Of a DNA stretch of 15,375 bases, positions 1 to 6,639 are shown piece after piece (positions within the stretch are counted from its first letter, which is position 1; each line of letters begins with the position of its first letter). Under the pieces are notes generated by a model. It was not told the origin of the DNA. It ran no database searches and was given only the letters and a program-made list of their open reading frames with translations. Source of the DNA: an uncultured Actinomycetes bacterium (GTDB taxonomy: Bacteria; Actinomycetota; UBA4738; HRBIN12). The stretch lies in NCBI GenBank assembly GCA_963704885.1, contig CAVPIB010000009.1, forward strand, positions 1-15,375, in the 5' to 3' direction. Both the position numbers and the translations under genes were made by a program.

Positions 1-146
1 GCTCGCGGTGCACAGCGCCGATCGCAGGCGTCCAGCAAGTTCGGTATGCAGGCCGAGGCCCCTCGTTCACGGGTTCGCCGGAATCGAGATCGTCGTCGCG
101 GCGCGAACGACGGTCGCTGGCGCTGCCGTTCCCGTAGGATGCCTGC

Positions 147-401
147 ATGCCTGACACACCTGGGAAGCGTCAGCGTCGCGAGGTCAAGGCCAGGAAGCGC
201 TCGGCCAAGGATGAGCGTCGCAGCGCCCGTCAGATGCGTAGCGAAGACCCCTCGTATGCATCCGTCTACGAGCAGACCTACCGGTTGAACGAAGACGCGG
301 AATCCGGAGGCGACGCGGATCTGCCGCTGAACGCCCCCGAGGACCAGTCAGGCGGCGACGTGGCGAAGAGCGACGCACCGCCCGATGCCGGCACTCCGTA
401 G
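147..401 (+). CDS. small hypothetical protein (84 aa), basic N-half and acidic low-complexity C-half
   Basis: ORF with ATG 6 nt after a TAGGAT -10-like hexamer (135-140), i.e. leaderless geometry; ends 12 nt from the convergent gene; no family recognised. Confidence 0.6.
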   Translation: MPDTPGKRQRREVKARKRSAKDERRSARQMRSEDPSYASVYEQTYRLNEDAESGGDADLPLNAPEDQSGGDVAKSDAPPDAGTP

Positions 402-413
402 GGTTTCGATCGG

Positions 414-626
414 TTACTGCGGGAGCGACTGAACCTGGCGCGCCGTCAGCCGGGTGGTGGTGGGCGCAACGCGCAGACCTGCCATCCCGATGGGGGCCGC
501 GACCCAATCCGGGCGCTTGAGCAACTCGACCGAAAGGCGTCCCTCACCGTCCTCCGAGACACGGATTATGGTTCCATGCTCGGTCTTGTAGACACCATCC
601 TTGGTCACCAACCCAGGATACGTCAT
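414..626 (-). CDS. small hypothetical protein (70 aa, MTYPGLVTKDGVYKTEHGTIIRVSEDG...)
   Basis: ATG at 626 preceded by GAGAAGG; starts 20 nt after the stop of the cNMP-binding gene on the same strand; protein-like composition with probable beta strands. Confidence 0.65.
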   Translation of the reverse strand: MTYPGLVTKDGVYKTEHGTIIRVSEDGEGRLSVELLKRPDWVAAPIGMAGLRVAPTTTRLTARQVQSLPQ

Positions 627-646
627 TTGCCTTCTCGCCAGCACGC

Positions 647-1081
647 TCAGGTGGCCATCCAGGCGTCGATCCGCTGTTCGACCTCACGCAGGCGGGCCAC
701 CAAGGCCTTCATCATGGAGATCGCCACGCTTGGATGATCGAGCAGGAACGACTGGAACGCATCGACCGGGATCCTTAGCGCCTCGACCGCCTCGGTGGCC
801 TTCACCGTAGCCATACGCTTGCCCTGGCTTATCAGCGCCATCTCCCCGAAGAACTCACCCGGTCCCAGGCGGTGGAACCGCCCACCAACGTCGACCTCGG
901 CCACGCCCGCGGTGATGAGGTACATCGCATCACCCACGGCGCCCTGCTCGACGAGCGTCTCGCCCGAGATGAACGATACGGGTTGTCCTACCTTCAGGAT
1001 CCCATCCAGATCCTCGGGCGGCAGATCCGCGAAGAAGGGCGCGGACTGCAGGGCTTTCATCTGGGCGGTGGGTTCGCTCAT
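647..1081 (-). CDS. stand-alone cyclic nucleotide-binding domain protein (144 aa, no HTH)
   Basis: LQSAPFFADL N-terminal helix, GETLVEQGAVGDAMYLITAG, phosphate-binding cassette GEFFGEMALISQGKRMATVKA; start moved to ATG 1081 behind GAGGAAGG. Confidence 0.9.
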   Translation of the reverse strand: MSEPTAQMKALQSAPFFADLPPEDLDGILKVGQPVSFISGETLVEQGAVGDAMYLITAGVAEVDVGGRFHRLGPGEFFGEMALISQGKRMATVKATEAVEALRIPVDAFQSFLLDHPSVAISMMKALVARLREVEQRIDAWMAT

Positions 1082-1129
1082 AGTTGCCTTCCTCGCTCTC
1101 GCTCGCTCTCGTCCTTGGTGGTGCCCGGG

Positions 1130-1136
1130 TATCGTA
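1130..1136. promoter_or_regulatory. putative bidirectional -10 element (TATCGT on +, TACGAT on -)
   Basis: TATCGTA reads as TANNNT on both strands, in the 78-bp gap between divergent genes. Confidence 0.5.
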
Positions 1137-1159
1137 GCCACCGGGAGGGGGAGCGCGTT

Positions 1160-1498
1160 ATGGATCCGGAGACCGGAGGGTGGGAGGCCGCCGTCGGCGT
1201 GGACCAGCTGACCGAGGCCAAGGCGAGCCGTGTACAGGTAGCGGGCGTCGATGTCTTGGTGCTGAAGGTCGGCGAGTCGGTCTTCGCGGTCGGCAACCGA
1301 TGCACGCACCAGGGAGCGCCACTCGATCGCGGAGTCGTCAAGGCGTCTGAGTCGGTTCCTACGGTGACCTGCCCCGCGCACGGCAGCGTGTTCTCCTTCA
1401 TCGACGGCCGTGTTCGCCGGGGTCCGGCGTCACAGCCGGTGCCAGCCTTCGAGGCGCGTGTGAACGAGGGGATCGTCGAGATCAAGCTGCGGGGCTGA
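1160..1498 (+). CDS. Rieske [2Fe-2S] ferredoxin (112 aa)
   Basis: CTHQG and CPAHGSVF Rieske ligand motifs, G(R)VRRGPA; start moved to ATG 1160 behind GGAGGGGG. Confidence 0.92.
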   Translation: MDPETGGWEAAVGVDQLTEAKASRVQVAGVDVLVLKVGESVFAVGNRCTHQGAPLDRGVVKASESVPTVTCPAHGSVFSFIDGRVRRGPASQPVPAFEARVNEGIVEIKLRG

Positions 1499-1502
1499 TC
1501 GC

Positions 1503-2009
1503 TCAGGCTAGGTCGCGGGGCCGCACGAACCGGATCAACCGGCCCGATCCTTCTTCCAGGTCTCCCCAGGTGCTTCCGACTACCTCGATCTCGGCCAGGG
1601 CCCCCGTGGGGTACTTCTCGGCCACCACGGCGAGCGCCTCACCCGATCCCGCCAGGCCGAGCGCCAACTCGTGGATCGCTGGATTGTGGCCGACGATCAT
1701 CACGGGCTCCGCGGTTCCGCCGATCGCGCGGAGCAGCGCCATCAGCACGGTCTGGTCGAAGGTATACAGCTCCGGCTCGATCCGGATATCGGGCGCACCG
1801 CGAAGCGCGGGCGTCACGAGCTCCAGCGTCCTGCGTGCGCGCAGGGCCGTCGAGCATAGGATCAGCGCGGGTGCCAGATCCTCGCCCTCGAGGTGTCGAC
1901 GCATGCGTTCTGCGTCCTTCTCGCCGCGAGGGGACAGCGGTCGATCGTGGTCGTCGATGTCGGGTCGATCCCAGGCAGACTTGGCGTGACGGAGAAGCCA
2001 CAGACGCAT
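1503..2009 (-). CDS. sixA: SixA-type histidine phosphatase superfamily protein
   Basis: LLRHAKSAW, DHDRPLSPRG, CSTALRARRT, IVGHNP, KYPTGALA motifs. Confidence 0.88.
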   Translation of the reverse strand: MRLWLLRHAKSAWDRPDIDDHDRPLSPRGEKDAERMRRHLEGEDLAPALILCSTALRARRTLELVTPALRGAPDIRIEPELYTFDQTVLMALLRAIGGTAEPVMIVGHNPAIHELALGLAGSGEALAVVAEKYPTGALAEIEVVGSTWGDLEEGSGRLIRFVRPRDLA

Positions 2010-2036
2010 GCGGAAGATTCAACCACGGGTGGACAG

Positions 2037-2070
2037 CAAGGAGCCCGGCGCGTACGCGCCGGGCTCCTTG
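2037..2070 (-). terminator. hairpin, probable terminator or stabiliser of the cold-shock gene mRNA
   Basis: perfect 34-bp palindrome CAAGGAGCCCGGCGCGT|ACGCGCCGGGCTCCTTG 20 nt downstream of the csp stop; no U-tract. Confidence 0.7.
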
Positions 2071-2090
2071 TCCGTTCTGCGTCGGGCCGC

Positions 2091-2294
2091 TTAGACGGCC
2101 TTGACGTTCGCGGCTTGCGGGCCCTTCTGGCCCTGCGTCACGTCGTACTCGACGCGCTGCCCCTCATCGAGGTTGCGGTAACCCTCGCCGGCGATCGCGC
2201 TGAAGTGTACGAACACATCTGCGCTGCCATCCTCGGGTGTGATGAAGCCGAACCCCTTCTCGGAGCTGAACCACTTCACTGTTCCGGTTGCCAC
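2091..2294 (-). CDS. cspA: cold-shock protein (CspA family, 67 aa)
   Basis: [18 protein letters not shown] (RNP1), DVFVHFSAI (RNP2), KGPQAANV; GTG start at 2294 behind AAGGAGGGA; paralog identity uncertain. Confidence 0.95.
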   Translation of the reverse strand: MATGTVKWFSSEKGFGFITPEDGSADVFVHFSAIAGEGYRNLDEGQRVEYDVTQGQKGPQAANVKAV

Positions 2295-2413
2295 TGGCGA
2301 TCCCTCCTTCCTTCGCCGTCCGGGCCTTGTAGCTGCCCGTCGGGCGCCGGCGTGACATCCGCCGGTGTGAGGGAACTGCTCGTAGCGAACCGCGACCAAA
2401 ACCCTCGCCGGTA

Positions 2414-2422
2414 ACGCTAACA
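2414..2422 (-). promoter_or_regulatory. putative extended -10 promoter of csp (TGtTAGCGT)
   Basis: TGn-TANNNT match that would give a roughly 110-nt 5' UTR, as usual for csp genes. Confidence 0.5.
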
Positions 2423-2478
2423 GAAGCTGCCTCGTCAAGCTCGCAGGAGGGAGTCTCTCGGAGGGTAGGCTGTCGGGC

Positions 2479-3135
2479 ATGGGATCGCCCGTCGGCTGTC
2501 AGCCGAAGCCACGGATGCGCGGACGGCTCCACCAGATCGCGTTCTTCGTTTCCATCCCCGCAGGCATCGCTCTGGTCGCGTTGGCCGATACGGGAAGGGC
2601 GCGCCTTGCCGCCGCGATCTTCGCCGTCGGGCTGGCGGGGGTCTTCGGAGCGAGCGCGGCGTATCACCGCGTCGCGTGGACGGACCCAGCCCGCAGGCGC
2701 ATGAAGCGCCTGGACCACTCGATGATCTTCATCCTGATCGCGGGGACCTACACGCCGTTCTGCCTGCTCGCCCTGAGCGGGGTGTGGAGCGTGGCCCTGC
2801 TGGCGACGGTCTGGGCGGGCGCGATCGTGGGGATCGTTCTCAAGCAGGTGAACGTCGACGGGTTGTCCCGATCGAGCGGTTTCCTATACATCGCCCTCGG
2901 GTGGGCCGTGATCGTGGCGCTGCCGAGGTTCTTCGACAGCTTGAGCACCGCGACCTTCGTCTTGGTTGTCGCCGGCGGACTCCTCTACACGCTCGGCGCG
3001 ATCGTGTTCGCCACGAAGCGTCCGGACCCCAACCCCTCCGTCTTCGGCTATCACGAGATCTGGCACGCGTTCACGGCCGGAGCCGGGGCGTGTCACTACG
3101 CGGCAGTCCTCCTGCTGGTGCTCGCGGTCCACTGA
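2479..3135 (+). CDS. trhA: hemolysin III / PAQR family membrane protein (TrhA-like)
   Basis: about 7 hydrophobic segments; [33 protein letters not shown] and CHY motifs; TAGGCT (2466-2471) 7 nt before ATG. Confidence 0.9.
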   Translation: MGSPVGCQPKPRMRGRLHQIAFFVSIPAGIALVALADTGRARLAAAIFAVGLAGVFGASAAYHRVAWTDPARRRMKRLDHSMIFILIAGTYTPFCLLALSGVWSVALLATVWAGAIVGIVLKQVNVDGLSRSSGFLYIALGWAVIVALPRFFDSLSTATFVLVVAGGLLYTLGAIVFATKRPDPNPSVFGYHEIWHAFTAGAGACHYAAVLLLVLAVH

Positions 3136-3141
3136 GCCGGA

Positions 3142-3996
3142 TCAGTCGAACGCGTACTGATCCACGTCCGACACCGGCTCGTATCCCAAACGCTGATAGA
3201 TGCTGTTAGATGTCGGGTTGTCCAGGTCCGTGAACAGGAAGCAGAAGTGGATGTCGCGGTCGAGCAGCATCGCGGTCATCTGCCCGACCAGCGCGCTGGC
3301 GTAACCCCGGCCCCGGAGCGCCGGCGGGGTGTACACGGGGCCCACCCTGATCCCGTTGGGTGTCGGGTTGCCGAACCCCGCGAGCGACACGGGCGAACCA
3401 CCGTCTTCCCAAAGCACGAGGCCGCCGTCCGGGTCCCCGATCCGTCGATCCAAGAGCACGGCGGGCGGTTCGTGCACGGTCTCGCGCGGCAGAGCCTCGG
3501 CGGTGAACGCGTCCAGCCACTCGACGACCAGGCCGCGATCGTCGCTTCGGTAGGGGCGCATGAGACCCGACACCCCCTGAGGCGGGCGCGCGGCGGAGGC
3601 GCGGTAGATCCGATTCGCCATGGTCCGATGCGAGCCGACCCCCGTGAGCTCGCGCCACGACTCCGTGAACGCTCGCGCGACCTCCTTGGGGCCGAGCACG
3701 CCCGGCAATGACACGAAGGCGTCGTGAGCGTCCCCGGCGAGTGCGTCGATCGCAGCGGGAGCGACGATCTCCGACAGGATCAGGTTGTGGGGAGGTGTCC
3801 GGAATCCGACCGCCACTACGCGGTCACCCTCCACGGCGACGGCCAGGTAAGGGGGCTCCGCGTATGCGTGAGGATCGGCGGCGAGCCGCGAGCACAACCC
3901 CAGGATCAGGTTGTGTTCTGCCTCTCGCTCCGCCAGGAACCCGCCGCCGATCGCGAGGAACGACTCTAGGTCTGCGGGCCGGCGGACGGTGATCAT
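3142..3996 (-). CDS. GNAT family N-acetyltransferase (C-terminal FR47-like GNAT domain)
   Basis: VGPVYTPPALRGRGYAS acetyl-CoA motif A, LFTDLDNPTSNSIYQRLGY; N-terminal EAEHNLILG. Confidence 0.9.
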   Translation of the reverse strand: MITVRRPADLESFLAIGGGFLAEREAEHNLILGLCSRLAADPHAYAEPPYLAVAVEGDRVVAVGFRTPPHNLILSEIVAPAAIDALAGDAHDAFVSLPGVLGPKEVARAFTESWRELTGVGSHRTMANRIYRASAARPPQGVSGLMRPYRSDDRGLVVEWLDAFTAEALPRETVHEPPAVLLDRRIGDPDGGLVLWEDGGSPVSLAGFGNPTPNGIRVGPVYTPPALRGRGYASALVGQMTAMLLDRDIHFCFLFTDLDNPTSNSIYQRLGYEPVSDVDQYAFD

Positions 3997-4034
3997 CGCG
4001 CCAGGATACGGAGGTCGCCCGTAGACTCGGACCC
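3997..4034. promoter_or_regulatory. back-to-back -10 elements for two divergent leaderless genes
   Basis: TATCCT (- strand, 4008-4003) 6 nt before GNAT ATG; TAGACT (+ strand, 4022-4027) 7 nt before globin GTG. Confidence 0.6.
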
Positions 4035-4427
4035 GTGCAGGGAGACATCACGCTCTACGAGGCCGTGGGCGGGATGCCGTTCTTCGAGGCGCTGGTAGAT
4101 CGGTTCTACGACGGGGTGGCGAAAGACCCCGAGCTGTTGCGGCTCTACCCCGAGCCTGAGGACCTGTCCGAGGCCCGGCGCAAACTGGCGCTCTTCCTCG
4201 GGCAATACTGGGGCGGTCCGGCCACCTACTCCCAGGAGAGGGGGCACCCGGCGCTTCGGATGCGCCACGCCCCCTTCGCGATCGGCACCGACGAGAGGGA
4301 CCGCTGGCTCACTCACATGCTCGCGGCCGTCGACGACATGGGGGCTCAGGCAGACATCGCCCAGGCGCTCCGCGGCTACCTCGAGGTGGCCGCCGACTCC
4401 CTGAGGAACGTCGACGAAGGTTCGTGA
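4035..4427 (+). CDS. glbO: group II truncated hemoglobin (trHbO-like)
   Basis: TLYEAVGG, LVDRFY, FLGQYWGGPATYSQERGHPALRMRH (proximal His), ERDRWLTHM. Confidence 0.93.
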   Translation: MQGDITLYEAVGGMPFFEALVDRFYDGVAKDPELLRLYPEPEDLSEARRKLALFLGQYWGGPATYSQERGHPALRMRHAPFAIGTDERDRWLTHMLAAVDDMGAQADIAQALRGYLEVAADSLRNVDEGS

Positions 4428-4471
4428 TGCGCTACCGGTAGCGAACGCGCGGGTCGAGGAAGGCGCTAGCT

Positions 4472-4517
4472 GTTCCTTGCCGAAGCGGAGGGTCCGCCCA
4501 TATCAGGGGCAAGGAAC
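4472..4517. terminator. stem-loop between convergent transcription units
   Basis: 10-bp inverted repeat GTTCCTTGCC (4472-4481)/GGCAAGGAAC (4508-4517) enclosing GCGGA-GGG-TCCGC. Confidence 0.45.
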
Positions 4518-4636
4518 CGCCAAAGTGTCAGCTCTCCCCCGTCGACCGATCGCCCGCCCACCTCCCCCGAGGAGACCGAAGTCCGCCATGACGCCGGCGA
4601 TCAACACCACCAGTCCCCATCCGCATGTCTGCCTCC
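4503..4636 (-). pseudogene. probable remnant (or microprotein) of a small membrane-protein gene
   Basis: GGAGG-5nt-ATG (4626) followed out of frame by GWGLVVLIAGVMADFGLLGGGGRAIGRR, a TM helix plus Gly-rich basic tail. Confidence 0.35.
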
Positions 4637-4647
4637 GGCGCGGGAGC

Positions 4648-5397
4648 CTATCCGAGGTCATCCGCGCTCGCTGCTATCGACTCGCGACCCTCCCGGAGGG
4701 CGATGACCGCGAACCCGACCAGAGCGATCGCAGCGAAGATGAACCACTGCACCGCGTAGCTGAGATGGGGCCCTTGGCCGAGTTGGGGTAGTGGGGCAGG
4801 GACGGGGGGTGTCCCCGGCTGGCCGTTCGATCCACCTTGGCGCAGCAGGTAGACGGGCGCGACGCGGTAGGGGAGTTGCGCCTGGATCCGGGCCAGGTCC
4901 ACCCGGACCAGCGTGTCCAAGCGCTCGATCGCCGCGCCGACCTGACCGGGCGGACCACCTTCGGACGCGAAGAGCACGCCCTCGATCTCGACCCGTCCGC
5001 TCGGTGGTGGCGCTTCAGATGGGTCGGAACCGAACGGGATCCATCCACGGTCGACGATCAGGGCGAGCTCGTCATCGATGACGAGGGGCGTCAACAGGTG
5101 ACTCCCCGGACGTCCACCCTGGGTGCGACCGTACAGCTCGATCTGATTCTCCGCGTCGTAACTCCCGGTCGCCGTCACTCGCCTGAACCGCACCGAGTCG
5201 GGATCGACGTCGGCGGTTACGAGGTCCGTCAAGGGTCGGGTGCCTTCAGCCAGACCGGACCTCACCGCCGCGTTGAACTGCTGCTTCTGATGGAGGCGGG
5301 CGATCTGCCAGAAACCGAGTGCAACGCACGCTATCGCCACGGTCACCGCGAACACGAACAAGACGCCGAGGCGCCTCGACCACGAGATCCGAGCCAT
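4648..5397 (-). CDS. SURF1 family protein (Shy1/SURF1, heme-copper oxidase assembly-related)
   Basis: LGFWQIARL, LLTPL, VDRGWIP, GPHLSYAVQWFIFA; TM helix at each end; start moved to ATG 5397, 4 nt after the SDR stop. Confidence 0.9.
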   Translation of the reverse strand: MARISWSRRLGVLFVFAVTVAIACVALGFWQIARLHQKQQFNAAVRSGLAEGTRPLTDLVTADVDPDSVRFRRVTATGSYDAENQIELYGRTQGGRPGSHLLTPLVIDDELALIVDRGWIPFGSDPSEAPPPSGRVEIEGVLFASEGGPPGQVGAAIERLDTLVRVDLARIQAQLPYRVAPVYLLRQGGSNGQPGTPPVPAPLPQLGQGPHLSYAVQWFIFAAIALVGFAVIALREGRESIAASADDLG

Positions 5398-5401
5398 GCG
5401 G

Positions 5402-6169
5402 CTAGGCGCCCTTGATCTCCTGGATGATGTTGCCTCCGTCGACCACGATCGACTGGCCGGTGACGTAGCTCGCACGCTCCGAAGCCAAGAACGCGATGAC
5501 CGCGGCAACCTCGTCGGGTGTGCCCGATCGGCCGATGGGGGTGTGTCGTCCCGCCTCCGCCTCGTCGGGCGTCTGAGACCCCGTCGCGATCCACCCGGGC
5601 GCGACCGAGTTCACCGTTACGCCGGATGCCGCCACGTCAATCGCCACGGCCCTCATGAGCCCGTCCATCCCCGCCTTGGCCGCGGCGTAGCCGGCGGCGC
5701 CCGGCATGGTGGCGTACGGTCCGGTCACGGAGGAGACCATCACCACACGACCCCAACCTCGGGCGACCATCCCTGGAACCGTACCCCGCGTCACCTGGTA
5801 GGCCGTCCCGAGATTCATCGCGAGATCGGCCTCCCAGGCTTCATCGGGGAGGTCGAGGAAGCTGGTGGTCTCCCAACCAGGCATGTCCACCGTCACCATG
5901 CCGGCGTTGTTGACCAGTACATCGATCCTTTCGAACCGGTCGAGTACGGCCGCCAGCAGGTCGGCTACCTGTCGCGGGTCCGTGAGATCGGCGACGAACC
6001 CCTGGCTGGCCGCTCCCAGTTGGGCAAGCTCGGCGGCTCGTTCGTGGATCCTGTCGGTGGTTGAAGCGATAGCGAGGCTCGCGCCTTCTTCCGCGAGGGC
6101 CCGTGCCGCCGCGAACCCGATGCCCGACGCACTCCCCGCACCCGTAACGAGCGCCACCCGACCGTTCAC
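5402..6169 (-). CDS. classical SDR oxidoreductase (FabG-like), substrate unknown
   Basis: VALVTGAGSASGIG, LVNNAG, YAAAK catalytic motif, VNSVAPGWIAT, YVTGQSIVVDGG. Confidence 0.92.
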   Translation of the reverse strand: MNGRVALVTGAGSASGIGFAAARALAEEGASLAIASTTDRIHERAAELAQLGAASQGFVADLTDPRQVADLLAAVLDRFERIDVLVNNAGMVTVDMPGWETTSFLDLPDEAWEADLAMNLGTAYQVTRGTVPGMVARGWGRVVMVSSVTGPYATMPGAAGYAAAKAGMDGLMRAVAIDVAASGVTVNSVAPGWIATGSQTPDEAEAGRHTPIGRSGTPDEVAAVIAFLASERASYVTGQSIVVDGGNIIQEIKGA

Positions 6170-6194
6170 AGGCTATCTCTACCAGAACCCCTCG

Positions 6195-6221
6195 CTCCAG
6201 TTCCGAGCGCCAGATGCCGAT
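6195..6221 (+). promoter_or_regulatory. putative sigma28/WhiG(FliA)-family promoter of the Flp pilin
   Basis: CTCCAG (6195-6200)-N15-GCCGAT (6216-6221), matching spacing and -10 of the CTAAAG-N15-GCCGATAA class. Confidence 0.6.
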
Positions 6222-6307
6222 GTTCACGCTAAGACGGCGCACAGGGCCGCCCAACCCCCGGGCGGCCCGACGTGCCGGATTCCCTACCTATCGGAGGGGG
6301 TGTGTGG

Positions 6308-6502
6308 ATGGTCCTGCGACTCGTGTCGAGAGCGCAGACCTGTTGGGGACTGCTCCGCCTACGGGTGGAGGAGGACCGTGGTGCGACGGCCGTCGAATAC
6401 GCGCTGATGCTTGCATTTATCGCGGCGGTCATCGTTGCCGGGGTCACCCTGCTGGGTCAGGGGACGGATAGCGGACTGAAGAAGGTCACGTTCCCCCCGT
6501 GA
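6308..6502 (+). CDS. flp: Flp family type IVb (Tad) pilin
   Basis: EEDRG|ATAVEYALMLAFIAAVIVAGVTLLG: prepilin cleavage Gly, Glu at +5 followed by Tyr, hydrophobic helix; GGAGGGG SD (start could be GTG 6302). Confidence 0.9.
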   Translation: MVLRLVSRAQTCWGLLRLRVEEDRGATAVEYALMLAFIAAVIVAGVTLLGQGTDSGLKKVTFPP

Positions 6503-6532
6503 GCCGACAGGCTCACGGACGTTGACCGACCG

Positions 6533-6570
6533 CGACCGGGGCACGTCGGGCCCCGGTCGTTCCCTTTCCC
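6533..6570 (+). terminator. intrinsic terminator of the pilin gene
   Basis: 10-bp stem CGACCGGGGC/GCCCCGGTCG (6533-6559) followed by TTCCCTTTCCC; second 9-bp hairpin at 6497-6518 overlaps the stop codon. Confidence 0.7.
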
Positions 6571-6639
6571 TGGTTCCGATGTGCTTGAGCAGTTCATCCG
6601 TGGGTGCCACCATGAGTCGCCGGACGGAAGGGGCGGAGC

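Noticed and set aside
1-146. Possible partial gene or ORF 46..288 at the window edge
   Set aside because: No frame gives a recognisable protein; 46..288 is Arg-rich and overlaps the better supported 147..401
872-1381. Apparent long overlap of ORFs 647..1381 (-) and 872..1498 (+)
   Set aside because: Artefact of longest-ORF calling; domains and SD sites place starts at 1081 and 1160
2433-2438. TTGACG as -35 of the csp promoter
   Set aside because: Only 13 nt from the TAGCGT -10, too short for a sigma70-type promoter
2479-3135. Hemolysin III as a toxin or virulence factor
   Set aside because: Family is a widespread PAQR membrane-homeostasis protein; name is historical
4477-4791. ORF on + strand in the glbO-SURF1 gap
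   Set aside because: Pro/Arg-rich antisense shadow of SURF1 and of the hydrophobic - strand frame
6222-6300. c-di-GMP riboswitch upstream of the pilin
   Set aside because: Only one extended hairpin; no GEMM-type GCAAA/GNRA two-stem pattern recognisable
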